Source of the DNA: an uncultured Actinomycetes bacterium
Lineage (GTDB): Bacteria > Actinomycetota > Actinomycetes > S36-B12 > UBA10799
DNA length: 64,000 nucleotides
Reading direction: 5' to 3'
Assembly (NCBI GenBank): GCA_946803585.1
Contig: CAMPEQ010000005.1
Coordinates: forward strand, 10,517-74,516
Part shown: piece after piece, positions 1-9,215 of the stretch
How positions within the stretch are numbered: position 1 is the first letter of the stretch
How the letters are laid out: each line of letters begins with the position of its first letter
The notes under the pieces: generated by a model
Database searches by the model: none
Told to the model about the DNA's origin: nothing
The model's input: the letters and a program-made list of their open reading frames with translations, nothing else
Position numbers and translations under genes: made by a program

Positions 1-1516
1 GTCCGGACCGCTGACGCCAGGCACACACTGCGAGCAAGCTGAGTAGTGCACAGGTCGCGAATCCGACGATTCCATCTGGCCATTCGAGTCGGGCAAACGG
101 TAGCTCGTAGCTCCACCGAGCGGTTGAAGCAATCCACCCCGTTGGGTATCCGGCTGCAACGGCAAACCACCGACCGACCTCCTGCGAGATCATCGCCGTG
201 ACTGCTGAGATCGCACCGAGAATGGTGGCAAACGGTACGGCTGGCGCAGCGATGACGTTCGCTGGGACGCCCGCCAATGGGACACCTCCGCCGATCGCGG
301 CGATCAACGGCATCGTCGCGATCTGAGCGGCTGCGGCGATTCCGAGTGCCTGGGCCGCGACGAATCTCAGCCAAGGGAGGCCGCTACGTTTAATCCGAGA
401 ACCGGTGATGGATCGCGCGTAGATCAGCAGTCCGCCGGTGGCAGAAACCGATAGCGCAAATCCCAACGACACCGACATCCATGGGTCAATCAGCAACAAC
501 AGGAATGCACTTGCCACTAGGGCTGTGACTCCAGAGCGTCGTGTCGATAGGAACAAGGCCAGGAGCGCGACCGAGCCCATGAATGCAGCTCTGAGAACAC
601 TGGGCTGAAAACCCGCAACCACAACGAAGCCAAACATCGCGACCGCGCTGAGGCCAACAGAAAGCCGACGATTGATTCGTAGTAGGCGAGCCACCAACAG
701 GACGGCGCCAGCGACGATTGCGAGATTGGCACCGCTAACGGCCGTAAGATGGCTCAGCCCAACGGCTTGCATCTCGTCCCGCAGATCAGTCGGAACCTTC
801 GACTCGTCTCCGACGACGAGCCCTGGCAGAAGCCCGCGGGGGTCGACGGCTAGTCCATCTGCCGCCCCAGAAAGCGATGCGCGGACCTTGTGCGCGCTAA
901 CTTGCCAGCCCGGTGCCACTTCGCGGACACTTGGTTGCTCGGTGGCTCGCAGAACGGCGGCGGTCCCGCGCATGACGTCACCAGGCTCAACTGCCGCGGA
1001 AACCCTAATCCGCGAGCCCGGAATAAGTACATGGGTGAGTTCACGCCCGACGGTTGAGCCCGTCAACAGAACGGGGGCATCGAGAGTGGTTCCACGCCTT
1101 CCCTCAGTGAAAGAAACAAGATCTCCGTGCAGGTACCAATTGAGGTCTGCACGTGGGTCGTCGGGACTCGACGACGAGAAGCTGTTTGGCGAGTACTTCG
1201 GCGGTGTCTTCACGACTACCTCGGCCGCCACGACGGCGCGCTGCGCGGCCATCGAGGTCAGCGGCTCGGCCGCGACCGAGGCTAGCCTCATCGAGGCGAG
1301 TATCACTCCCACTGCGACTGCGAAGCCGACGGCTAGCCAGGTCAGCCGTTGGTGGGGCGGGGCCACCGTCGCTACGAGCCCGAGCCCAATGGCAACCCCG
1401 AGGAGAGACCAACGCACAAGGCCGCCATCCTGAAGGGACGCCGCCCAGATCGTGATGCCCTGCGCCACCCAGAGCCCAACAACAATGGGCAATAAGCGCA
1501 GATCTAGGCTGCGCAC
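1..1516 (-). CDS. comEC: ComEC/Rec2 DNA internalization channel, N-terminal part only (gene runs off the left edge)
   Basis: Not in the ORF track because it is edge-truncated. My own translation of the minus frame (codon first positions = 1 mod 3) gives three consistent segments. A GTG start at 1516 reads VRSLDLRLLPIVVGLWVAQGITIWA. The stretch near 1162-1100 reads DDPRADLNWYLHGDLVSFTEG. The stretch near 538-425 reads RSGVTALVASAFLLLLIDPWMSVSLGFALSVSATGGLLI. This is a ComEC-like TM / OB-fold / polytopic pattern, and it sits 8 nt downstream of comEA. Confidence 0.8.
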   Translation of the reverse strand, partial: MRSLDLRLLPIVVGLWVAQGITIWAASLQDGGLVRWSLLGVAIGLGLVATVAPPHQRLTWLAVGFAVAVGVILASMRLASVAAEPLTSMAAQRAVVAAEVVVKTPPKYSPNSFSSSSPDDPRADLNWYLHGDLVSFTEGRRGTTLDAPVLLTGSTVGRELTHVLIPGSRIRVSAAVEPGDVMRGTAAVLRATEQPSVREVAPGWQVSAHKVRASLSGAADGLAVDPRGLLPGLVVGDESKVPTDLRDEMQAVGLSHLTAVSGANLAIVAGAVLLVARLLRINRRLSVGLSAVAMFGFVVVAGFQPSVLRAAFMGSVALLALFLSTRRSGVTALVASAFLLLLIDPWMSVSLGFALSVSATGGLLIYARSITGSRIKRSGLPWLRFVAAQALGIAAAAQIATMPLIAAIGGGVPLAGVPANVIAAPAVPFATILGAISAVTAMISQEVGRWFAVAAGYPTGWIASTARWSYELPFARLEWPDGIVGFATCALLSLLAVCAWRQRSG

Positions 1517-1524
1517 CGCGCGGC

Positions 1525-2259
1525 CTAGACCGTGACCAGCGGCTCGATGCCTGCGAAGGTGACATCGCCGACGCCAGAAACCTCCTTGAGTTGGGCGACG
1601 CTGCGAAAACCGCCGTACTGAGTGCGGAAATCGATAATCTTCTCTGCAGTGACAGGTCCAACCCGTGGAAGCTCCTGCAGTTCAGTTGCCGTTGCCATGT
1701 TCAAGTTAATCAATCCCGCCGCCGCGCCCGTGGCGCCTAGTCCGGCGGACGGTCCGGCAGCGGTCGTGGCCCCCAAACCCCCTGACTGACCTGCTCGCGC
1801 CGACACGTCAATCTGCTCGCCATCGATGAGAACTCGAGCGAGATTCACGGTCGTTTTACCCTTACTCAGCCCACCTGCCGCAGCCACCGCATCGGCCACT
1901 CGAGACCCAGCAGGCAAGGTGACCACTCCAGGGGTCCTCACCCGCCCAATAACGTCGACTATGACCTCTCCGGCCAGCTCAGGGGTGGAACTGGCCACCC
2001 CGTTCGAGCTCCCAGGCTCAGTCGATGCTTGTCCCGATTCGACCGGTGGCGCTGAGCCCTGCGCTGTCACCGCTGTCACACTGGCCGATTCGCTTGGGGC
2101 CGAGCGCACCATCGCGAAGACCGCAACGACAAGTGCGCCAACGAGTAGCGCGACCAGCCACCGCACTGCTGCACGATCCCACAGCACCACGAGGCGCTCG
2201 TTCAGCGTCCATTCATCGTCGGGTTCCGGGTCTGAGGGCCGGTTGTCAAAATCGCTCAT
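1525..2259 (-). CDS. comEA: ComEA DNA receptor (TM anchor, SLBB-like region, C-terminal helix-hairpin-helix)
   Basis: 244-aa ORF with an N-terminal TM. The C-terminal INLNMATATELQELPRVGPVTAEKIIDFR is an HhH motif typical of ComEA. It lies immediately upstream of comEC. Confidence 0.85.
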   Translation of the reverse strand: MSDFDNRPSDPEPDDEWTLNERLVVLWDRAAVRWLVALLVGALVVAVFAMVRSAPSESASVTAVTAQGSAPPVESGQASTEPGSSNGVASSTPELAGEVIVDVIGRVRTPGVVTLPAGSRVADAVAAAGGLSKGKTTVNLARVLIDGEQIDVSARAGQSGGLGATTAAGPSAGLGATGAAAGLINLNMATATELQELPRVGPVTAEKIIDFRTQYGGFRSVAQLKEVSGVGDVTFAGIEPLVTV

Positions 2260-2358
2260 GAGCTGACGCTAGGGCGATGTCCATCGAACGTGCGACGCCT
2301 TCTTCGGGACCTGGGGAGTGCGGTCCACCGCGTGCGAGCCTGTGAACAAGTCCAGGAA

Positions 2359-2961
2359 CTAGGTGGCGGGTTTGGCTCGCCGCCGGCGCCAATCGCCTAG
2401 TGCGGTAGCAATATTCGACCGGTGTTTGACAATCACGAGGACGCCAATTGCCACCCCCAAAACGGTGACTTCGATGTTGTTGTTCTCCAGCAAGGCGGTC
2501 ACGATCAGGGCAAGCGCGGCGCCGACACTGGCGATTCCGGCCCGGCGGACGATGAGGAAGATAATCGCGAACGTCACGAGCACTGGAATCAACCACCAGG
2601 GTTCGGCCCCTGCCAGGACACCTAAGGTCGTGGCAACTCCCTTCCCGCCGTGGAAGCCGAGGAAAGGCGACGTCATATGGCCCAGGATCGCCGCAAATCC
2701 CGCTACCGCACCCGCCCCCGGACCAAACAGAGCAGTGAAAACCAACACCGGAACAAGTCCTTTGAGGAAGTCCAAGGCGAAGACGGCGATACCCGTCTTG
2801 CGCCCCATGATTCGACTAGCATTCGTCGCTCCGGGATTGCCCGAGCCGCTCGATTGAAGGTCAATTCCCCGGGCTTTTGCGATTATCGTTGCCGGATTTA
2901 TTGAGCCCAAGAAGTAGCCGACGAGCGCGGCTACTATCCACCAAGCCGACAGATCATCCAT
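2359..2961 (-). CDS. plsY: Glycerol-3-phosphate acyltransferase PlsY
   Basis: 200-aa polytopic ORF carrying the GSGNPGATN and HGGKGVAT motifs characteristic of PlsY. Confidence 0.9.
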   Translation of the reverse strand: MDDLSAWWIVAALVGYFLGSINPATIIAKARGIDLQSSGSGNPGATNASRIMGRKTGIAVFALDFLKGLVPVLVFTALFGPGAGAVAGFAAILGHMTSPFLGFHGGKGVATTLGVLAGAEPWWLIPVLVTFAIIFLIVRRAGIASVGAALALIVTALLENNNIEVTVLGVAIGVLVIVKHRSNIATALGDWRRRRAKPAT

Positions 2962-2966
2962 TGCGG

Positions 2967-3821
2967 TTACCAGGACCGTGGAGCAACGACGGCCGACACG
3001 GTATTCGGCCCAACATGCGTTCCGACGACGGCACCAATCTCGATCTCGATGATCTCCTGGCCCCCCAACTCCTTGCGAAGGACATCGGCCAGCGCCGCAG
3101 CACGATCCGGCGCTCCAATGTGTTGAACTGCCACATCGACATCTCGGCCATCTGCGGCGATCTTCTGCAGAGTCATATCCGCCAACCGAGCAAGCGCCTT
3201 ACTTGAAGTTCGCACCTTCTCAACGAGCTCAACCCTGCCGTTATCCACCTTGAGAATGGGCTTAACCCGAAGCGCCGTTCCCAGCGCCGCGGCAGTCTTT
3301 CCCATCCGTCCACCGCGACGCAGGTACTCGAGAGAATCAACGTAGAAGAAGCAATCGGAGACAGCAGCGCGCCCCCTGATCGCCGCGGCTACCGCTTCCA
3401 TATCGCCGCCTTCGTCTGCGACACGTGCCCCAGCCAGACATGCGAAACCAAGGGGCATCGTGAGAGTTCGACTATCGATGACCTCAACTGGCACCGGGCT
3501 ATCGCGGGCGGCAAGGATCGCCGTTTCGACCGTGCCAGATAGATCTCCGGAAACATGAGCACTCACGATTGACTCCGCGCCGGCGTCCGCCGCGGCCTGG
3601 AACGCGTCGACGAACTCTTGCGGGGACGGCCGAGAGGTACTAACCGGCTGCCATTCACGCAAAGCTTGCGCGACGTCGGCGGTGGAGATGTCCACGCCTT
3701 CTTTGTAGGCCTTTCCGCCAACAATCACCTGGACCGGGACTTTGATGATCTGCGCCTCCTGCGCCCACTTCGTGGGCAGGTAGGAGGTGGAATCAGTGAC
3801 AACAGCTACGCGACGGGCCAT
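2967..3821 (-). CDS. DegV family fatty-acid-binding protein
   Basis: The track ORF is 2967..3899. I start it at ATG 3821 (MARRVAVVTDSTSYLP), which removes the overlap with the leuS 3' end. The DegV-like pattern runs through the whole length. Confidence 0.85.
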   Translation of the reverse strand: MARRVAVVTDSTSYLPTKWAQEAQIIKVPVQVIVGGKAYKEGVDISTADVAQALREWQPVSTSRPSPQEFVDAFQAAADAGAESIVSAHVSGDLSGTVETAILAARDSPVPVEVIDSRTLTMPLGFACLAGARVADEGGDMEAVAAAIRGRAAVSDCFFYVDSLEYLRRGGRMGKTAAALGTALRVKPILKVDNGRVELVEKVRTSSKALARLADMTLQKIAADGRDVDVAVQHIGAPDRAAALADVLRKELGGQEIIEIEIGAVVGTHVGPNTVSAVVAPRSW

Positions 3822-3858
3822 GGAGATGACGCTACCGAAGAACCGCCAATCAATCGCG

Positions 3859-6351
3859 TCAAGATGCGACGATATTGACCAGCTTGGGTTCCCGCACAAT
3901 CACTTTTCGGATCTCTAGCCCCTCGAGCGCGTTGATCACCGGGTCGGCTGCCAGCGCTAGCCGTTCAAGGTCAGCAGCGCTGATATCTGGGGCGACCTCG
4001 AGGCGAGCGCGGACTTTACCTTGAACCTGCACAACACAGGTCACAACATCCTGAACCAGTAGCGCCTCATCGACTACTGGCCAACCGGCACGAGCAACCG
4101 ACGGTTGATGACCAAGACGAGACCACATGTCCTCGGCTGTGTAGGGCGCCACCAGAGACAGCATGACTGTGATCGCCTCGACCGCTTCGCGGACGGCGGG
4201 ATCAACCGGACCGCAGCCGGAGTCGATCGCTTTCCTAGTTGCGTTCACCAGTTCCATCGTCTTGGCTACTGCCACGTTGAACCGATGAGAATCAACCGCG
4301 ATCTGTGCATCGTTGACCAACCGGTGCGTGGCCTTGCGTAGCTCCATATCGCCGTCCGCCGCTGGGACACCTGGATCGCTCGTCACGTCGCCCGAAAGCC
4401 GCCATGCTCGAGCCAGGAACTTCTTCGCTCCGGCGGCAGAGACGTCTCCCCAATCAATATCGTCCTCTGGCGGGCCAGCGAACACCATGGTGAGCCGCAC
4501 CGCGTCGACACCATGCACATCGAGTTCATCAGAGAGACGAACGAGATTCCCGCGAGACTTGCTCATCGCTGAACCATCCATCTGCACCATGCCCTGATTG
4601 AGTAGCCGAGCGAATGGCTCGACTACCTCGACCAAGCCCATATCGTGCAGCACCTTGGTGAAGAACCTGGCGTACAGCAAGTGCAGGATCGCATGGGTGA
4701 CACCGCCGACATACTGATCGACCGGAAGCCATTTCCGAGCCTGATCAGGATCGAACGCTTGCGCATCGTCGTGGGGGTCTAAGAAGCGAAGGAAGTACCA
4801 CGATGAGTCAAAGAAGGTATCCATCGTGTCGGTATCCCGCTTGGCCGGTTGACCGCAGGATGGGCAGGCGACGTTCACCCAGTCTGTTGCGGCACCCAAC
4901 GGCGATGAGCCCTTCGGCTGTAGGTCGAGACCCTCCGCCGGTGGCAACTTCACTGGTAGCTGTTCCTGCGGAACTGGGACCTCGCCGCAAGTTGAGCAGT
5001 GAATGATCGGGATTGGCGTTCCCCAGTAGCGCTGCCGCGAGATCAGCCAGTCGCGCAGTCGGTAGTTGACGGCGGTATCGCCACCGTCTTGCGCCGATAG
5101 TTGCTCGATGATCGACTTGATCGCTTCTTCTTTGCCAAGACCGTCGAGTGGTCCCGAGTTCACGTGGATGCCGTCATCGGCTGTCGCCTCGCCAGTGACT
5201 GCCGGATCGGTGTCGGCTTCGACGACAACGCGCACTGGCAAGTCGAAGGCTCGGGCAAAGTCAAGGTCACGTTGGTCATGCGCCGGAACTGCCATAACGG
5301 CTCCGGTGCCATAGTCAGCTAGGACGTAGTCAGAGGCGTAGACCGGCAACTGTTCACCATTGACTGGATTCGTCGCGTAACGGTGCAGGAATACACCGGT
5401 CTTGGGTCGGTCAGTCGCCAGACGATCAATATCGCTGGCCTTCTTCACGGTCTCCAGGTACTCCGCGAACTCGACTTCGGCTGGGCCGTCTGCGGCGAGT
5501 TCAGCAGCGAGTTCGGAATCCGCTGCAACAACAAAGAACGTTGCTCCGTACAAAGTGTCCGGTCGTGTCGTGTAGACCGTGACCGGCTCGTCACGGCCGG
5601 AGATGGCGAAGTCAACATTCGCACCCGTCGAGCGGCCGATCCAGTTGCGCTGCATCAGCAGGACCTTCTCAGGCCACTGCCCCTCGAGTTGGCTCATATC
5701 GTCCAGCAGACGGTCGGCATAATCGGTGATCCGTAGGTACCACTGGTTCAGCTTCTTCTTGGTGACAACCGAGTCACAGCGCTCGCATTTTCCGTCAACA
5801 ACCTGCTCGTTGGCCAGCACAGTCTGGTCCGTCGGGCACCAGTTGACCGCGCTGTCTTTGCGATAGGCCAAACCTCGGCTGTACATCTGCAGGAACAGCC
5901 ACTGATTCCAGCGGTAGTACTCGGGATCGCAGGTATTGAGAACCCGGTCCCAATCGAATGAACAGGCGTAGCGCCGCATCGATGCCTTCTGCGTCGCAAT
6001 ATTCTCGTACGTCCACACCGCGGGATCCTCTTTGCGCTTGATCGCGGCGTTCTCGGCGGGAAGACCAAAGGCGTCCCAACCAATTGGGTGCAGAACGTTG
6101 AAGCCCCTCTGCACCCAATACCGGGCGATGACATCACCTAACGCGTATGCCTCCGCGTGACCCATGTGAAGGTCCCCCGACGGGTACGGAAACATGTCCA
6201 GGACGTACTTGCTGGGCCGAGGGTCTTCTGGATCTCCAGAGCGGAACGGCGCGAGTTCATCCCAAACGGGCAACCACCGTTCTTGCATCGCGGCAGGATC
6301 GTAGACATTGGCGTTGTCGGGTTGAGACGCGACAGAATCGGCTTCACTCAC
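3859..6351 (-). CDS. leuS: Leucyl-tRNA synthetase
   Basis: 830 aa with a class I HIGH motif ([10 protein letters not shown]) and a KMSKS-type motif ([10 protein letters not shown]). The LeuRS-type editing and zinc region is present. Confidence 0.97.
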   Translation of the reverse strand: MSEADSVASQPDNANVYDPAAMQERWLPVWDELAPFRSGDPEDPRPSKYVLDMFPYPSGDLHMGHAEAYALGDVIARYWVQRGFNVLHPIGWDAFGLPAENAAIKRKEDPAVWTYENIATQKASMRRYACSFDWDRVLNTCDPEYYRWNQWLFLQMYSRGLAYRKDSAVNWCPTDQTVLANEQVVDGKCERCDSVVTKKKLNQWYLRITDYADRLLDDMSQLEGQWPEKVLLMQRNWIGRSTGANVDFAISGRDEPVTVYTTRPDTLYGATFFVVAADSELAAELAADGPAEVEFAEYLETVKKASDIDRLATDRPKTGVFLHRYATNPVNGEQLPVYASDYVLADYGTGAVMAVPAHDQRDLDFARAFDLPVRVVVEADTDPAVTGEATADDGIHVNSGPLDGLGKEEAIKSIIEQLSAQDGGDTAVNYRLRDWLISRQRYWGTPIPIIHCSTCGEVPVPQEQLPVKLPPAEGLDLQPKGSSPLGAATDWVNVACPSCGQPAKRDTDTMDTFFDSSWYFLRFLDPHDDAQAFDPDQARKWLPVDQYVGGVTHAILHLLYARFFTKVLHDMGLVEVVEPFARLLNQGMVQMDGSAMSKSRGNLVRLSDELDVHGVDAVRLTMVFAGPPEDDIDWGDVSAAGAKKFLARAWRLSGDVTSDPGVPAADGDMELRKATHRLVNDAQIAVDSHRFNVAVAKTMELVNATRKAIDSGCGPVDPAVREAVEAITVMLSLVAPYTAEDMWSRLGHQPSVARAGWPVVDEALLVQDVVTCVVQVQGKVRARLEVAPDISAADLERLALAADPVINALEGLEIRKVIVREPKLVNIVAS

Positions 6352-6373
6352 CGGATAAGGCTAACGACCCCTC

Positions 6374-7099
6374 CTACGCCTTGAACCCGACCACCCGAAG
6401 TTCCGCTGCCGTGGCATCACCGATGAGGCGATGCGTGCGCCAGGAGTAGTGAATGCCATCAGGATTGGCGCTGCCATCGACCAGCGACGGGCGCACCATA
6501 TCGTCGATCTCCACCAGCCCAGTCTCATGCCGATCAGCCCACCGTCTAGCTGCCACTAAGGCGGGTTTGTGGTGGCGATCGCTCGGGTAGTCCGGTGAGT
6601 CGTGGATACCAGGAGCCACAAGCACAACCGGGATCGTTGGGTTGAATACGCGAGCGGCAGCCGTAATTCGGGCCAGGTAGTGGTCGGTGGCTTCCTGCGG
6701 CAACTGGCGGAGGCGACCGCCCGTCAGCCGAATCGTTGGCGGCGACAGAGTTCGATAGGTGTCCCTCACCCGTCGCCGGAGCGCGGCAGGACGCAAGTAA
6801 GGAATTCCATCGCGTAGGTAAGTGGGCACTGAGGCGGGTAGGTGGTCCATCCCGCCGAGCGCTAGGACGAGAGCATCTGCGCGCGGGAGCACTGCACCCC
6901 ACAGGTACGGATCCTTCGTCACTGCCCACCAAGCATCCCTCGCGGTCCAACCCAGCCTCGCGACGAGATCAACAGTCACTTCATCCCCGAAGTCAGCCGA
7001 CATGATGTTGGGCCAGAGCCGGTCGTCGGTTAACACGTGGGGCCTATCGGGCCCGTGGTAAGTCAGCGAATCGCCGACGACCAAGACGTGTTGAGTCAT
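6374..7099 (-). CDS. SGNH/GDSL-type hydrolase
   Basis: Block I reads VLVVGDSLTYHG and block V reads NPDGIHYSW (DxxH). Start taken at ATG 7099; GTG 7117 is the longest alternative. Confidence 0.7.
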   Translation of the reverse strand: MTQHVLVVGDSLTYHGPDRPHVLTDDRLWPNIMSADFGDEVTVDLVARLGWTARDAWWAVTKDPYLWGAVLPRADALVLALGGMDHLPASVPTYLRDGIPYLRPAALRRRVRDTYRTLSPPTIRLTGGRLRQLPQEATDHYLARITAAARVFNPTIPVVLVAPGIHDSPDYPSDRHHKPALVAARRWADRHETGLVEIDDMVRPSLVDGSANPDGIHYSWRTHRLIGDATAAELRVVGFKA

Positions 7100-7184
7100 G
7101 GCCAAACAGTAGGGCACGCGCGCTGAAATTCGCGGTGGGATAGACTCTCGCCCGCTATCAAGTAAGACTTACCGATAGCGATTC

Positions 7185-7257
7185 GGGGCCATAGCTCAGC
7201 TGGTAGAGCAATTGCCTGGCAGGCAATAGGTCAGGAGTTCAAATCTCCTTGGCTCCA
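7185..7257 (+). tRNA. tRNA-Ala (anticodon GGC)
   Basis: Hand-folded cloverleaf. The acceptor GGGGCCA/UGGCUCC includes the G3:U70 alanine identity pair. The anticodon arm is attgc-CTGGCAG-gcaat, giving anticodon GGC. A TPsiC arm GGAGTTCAAATCTCC is present. No CCA is encoded; CCG follows. Confidence 0.95.
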
Positions 7258-7276
7258 CCGAGTGTTTACGCAGATC

Positions 7277-7297
7277 TCTGGCTCCGATTGAGCCAGA
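7277..7297. terminator. Hairpin between tRNA-Ala and the convergent pilin gene (possible bidirectional terminator)
   Basis: tctggctc (7277-7284), a 5-nt loop, then gagccaga (7290-7297), followed by the T-rich tcctcttctgt. Confidence 0.35.
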
Positions 7298-7320
7298 TCC
7301 TCTTCTGTCGGACGGTTCAG

Positions 7321-7926
7321 CTACTCGCAGGCAACTCCATCGTTGTCTCGATCCAAATGAGATCCGTAGCCTGGATCACCCCGATGTAGTGGCGTGACAC
7401 CGGCAGCACGCGCGGCCGTACAATTCTTGTAGTAGACGACGGGTGTAGCGCTGCCGCCGCAGTACGCAGCTTCAGCGAAGTTGATTGCTATTGGGCCGTT
7501 CGGCCGCGCCGCAACCATGGAGTCCCAGTCAGCGGCCGTTTGCATACCGTAGGTATTTCCTCCTGCGTCGACCCACGCATTGAAGCTCGTCACCATTTCT
7601 TCTTTGACGCCGTCAGAAAGCTGGAGAGCACCGTCGTCCAGTAGTCCCTTGTACCAAGCCGGAAGGGTCTTTGAGTCCGCTGTGGACTGGGGGTTCGTTA
7701 CCGAGTACGCAGCAACCGCCCTTTCGAACGTGGCGCAGTTCGCTTCCTTCGTTGCTGTCTCCGCGTCTCCACGAAAATTCGCGACGCCAAAAATGACGAC
7801 GGTCGCAAGAATACCGAGGATCACGATCGTGATGAGTAGCTCAATTAGAGTGAAGCCGGAATCAGTGCCTCGGCCTTGCTGGTGACCGTGTAGTCGGTTC
7901 CTCCACAGAGCGAGAGCGGGCTTCAT
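7321..7926 (-). CDS. Type IV prepilin-like protein with a C-terminal Excalibur calcium-binding domain
   Basis: Class III signal: a 24-aa basic leader ending ..TDSG, then FTLIELLITIVILGILATVVIFGV with Glu at mature position 5. The C-terminus YKNCTAARAAGVTPLHRGDPGYGSHLDRDNDGVACE matches the Excalibur DxDxDGxxCE motif. Start taken at ATG 7926 (the track uses TTG 7962). Confidence 0.75.
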   Translation of the reverse strand: MKPALALWRNRLHGHQQGRGTDSGFTLIELLITIVILGILATVVIFGVANFRGDAETATKEANCATFERAVAAYSVTNPQSTADSKTLPAWYKGLLDDGALQLSDGVKEEMVTSFNAWVDAGGNTYGMQTAADWDSMVAARPNGPIAINFAEAAYCGGSATPVVYYKNCTAARAAGVTPLHRGDPGYGSHLDRDNDGVACE

Positions 7927-7949
7927 ACACACAGTGTCGGCAAAATTCG

Positions 7950-8477
7950 TCAGATTCTCCAACCACGCACCGACGACCTAGTCCAAACGAGCAACCCCGT
8001 TCGCCGCGCCGCTAAATCAGCAGCTACCCACATAGCGGCGGCGAGTCCCACTTCCAGCTGAGTCATCAACACCTGGTCGTCCAACCGCCTAGTCTCGAGG
8101 ACGGGTGGTCGGTCGTGTGTGTGGATTGTGCCGCGTGGGCTGGTCCATTGGATGGTCGTCTTCGTGTCATCGAAGTCGTCGGGGCTGTCAGGTTTATCGG
8201 GGTCTGGCTGGATGTCGGGTGGCTTGTTGGGTGTGGTGGTGACGTCGATTTTCCATCGGTTGTGGGCTTTGAGTCTGTGGTGGCGCCGGCATTCGGTAAT
8301 CAGGTTCGCTGCGCTGGTGGTTCCGCCGGTGTCGTCGCCGGTGAAGGGGTTGATGTGGTCGATATCGCAGCGGTAGCCGGGCATTGAACAGCCCGGGAAC
8401 TGGCAGTTGCGGTCCCTGGCGATGATGTACTCGCGGAGGCGGGCTGGTGGGGTGTAGGTGGCACTAGGCCGACTGAG
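7950..8477 (-). pseudogene. HNH endonuclease remnant (C-terminal HNH part of a DUF222-HNH type protein; N-terminal about two thirds missing)
   Basis: The frame is open from just after an in-frame TAG (8478-8480) and reads LSRPSATYTPPARLREYIIARDRNCQFPGCSMPGYRCDIDHINPF...TECRRHHRLKAH. This is a typical actinobacterial HNH core. No DUF222-like N-terminal domain is present, and there is no start codon before the HNH core. Confidence 0.7.
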
Positions 8478-8500
8478 CTAGTACCGGTCCAGCCGCAGTG

Positions 8501-9106
8501 TCAGGTGTTCCCTGGTGGATTCTGAAGTTCAGCGAGGTGAACGTCGAGGACAGAACGAACCATAGTGGCGTCATCGGTGACTGGGTCGGCTATTCCATGC
8601 AGGGCAAGTCCATCGATGAGGGCATGGAGCCGAGCGGCCTCAACCGGGATGCTTCGATCTTGATGAACTGATCCCAGCTCGGCGCGAGTCGTCAGGATTT
8701 CTGTAACGAGGTTTCGGACAATCGCATCAATCTCGTTGACTTGACTATTGAGAAGTGTGCTGTCGTTGCGGCGGATCAACAGCTCGAACCAGATCCGCGC
8801 CTCCGCTGTTCGCTGTGCGTCAAGCGGGAGGATCTGCTCCAGCACTTCGCGTAGCTTCAAGTTGGTCGCCCGCGCTGGGTCGACATCAGCGATTCGAGAA
8901 GCAATAGAGACGAGCATCTCGCCCGTGGCAAAGGACAACAACTCATCGTGTGTTCCGAAGTAGTGCTGTATCGCACCGACAGACCAGCCGGTCTCTTGCG
9001 CGAGGGCACGAATCGTGACGGAGCTTCTGCCCTTCTCGGCGAGTAGACGCCACATCGCATCGGCGATCTCTCGACGTCGCGCCTCATGATCAACGACTTT
9101 CGGCAC
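8501..9106 (-). CDS. TetR family transcriptional regulator
   Basis: 201 aa with the N-terminal HTH TIRALAQETGWSVGAIQHYF. GTG start with a GAGGAG SD. Divergent from the ALDH-MFS-P450 genes. Confidence 0.85.
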   Translation of the reverse strand: MPKVVDHEARRREIADAMWRLLAEKGRSSVTIRALAQETGWSVGAIQHYFGTHDELLSFATGEMLVSIASRIADVDPARATNLKLREVLEQILPLDAQRTAEARIWFELLIRRNDSTLLNSQVNEIDAIVRNLVTEILTTRAELGSVHQDRSIPVEAARLHALIDGLALHGIADPVTDDATMVRSVLDVHLAELQNPPGNT

Positions 9107-9181
9107 CGATTCTCCTCACCGTGCGTAAGTAGCCCAATCGTAGTGCCTTGAAAATGCAAGGTCATGATTCGCGTGCCTATA

Positions 9182-9204
9182 GTTCCAATACAACATATTG
9201 CAAC
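9182..9204. promoter_or_regulatory. Imperfect palindrome, candidate TetR operator
   Basis: GTTCCAATA-CAACA-TATTGCAAC has 8 of 9 matching arm positions and lies just upstream of the ALDH SD (AGGAAA 9207-9212). A second small inverted repeat, CCTTG-aaaatg-CAAGG, lies at 9146-9161. Confidence 0.3.
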
Positions 9205-9215
9205 CTAGGAAATCG

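Noticed and set aside
672-1433. 253-aa plus-strand ORF (and 1104..1661 minus) overlapping the comEC region
   Set aside because: The products are Arg/Ser/Ala/Pro-rich and low in complexity. They lie opposite to or out of frame with a frame that reads as a convincing ComEC. These are typical shadow ORFs of high-GC DNA.
8115-8387. Plus-strand 85-90-aa ORFs opposite the HNH remnant
   Set aside because: They are Gly/Val-rich translations antisense to a frame with a clear HNH motif, with no start context or recognisable domain.
7185-9106. A tRNA-linked integrative element or prophage remnant
   Set aside because: No integrase, excisionase or transposase ORF is present, and I could not spot a direct repeat of the tRNA 3' end by eye. 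Only the HNH scar supports past rearrangement, so I do not call a mobile element.
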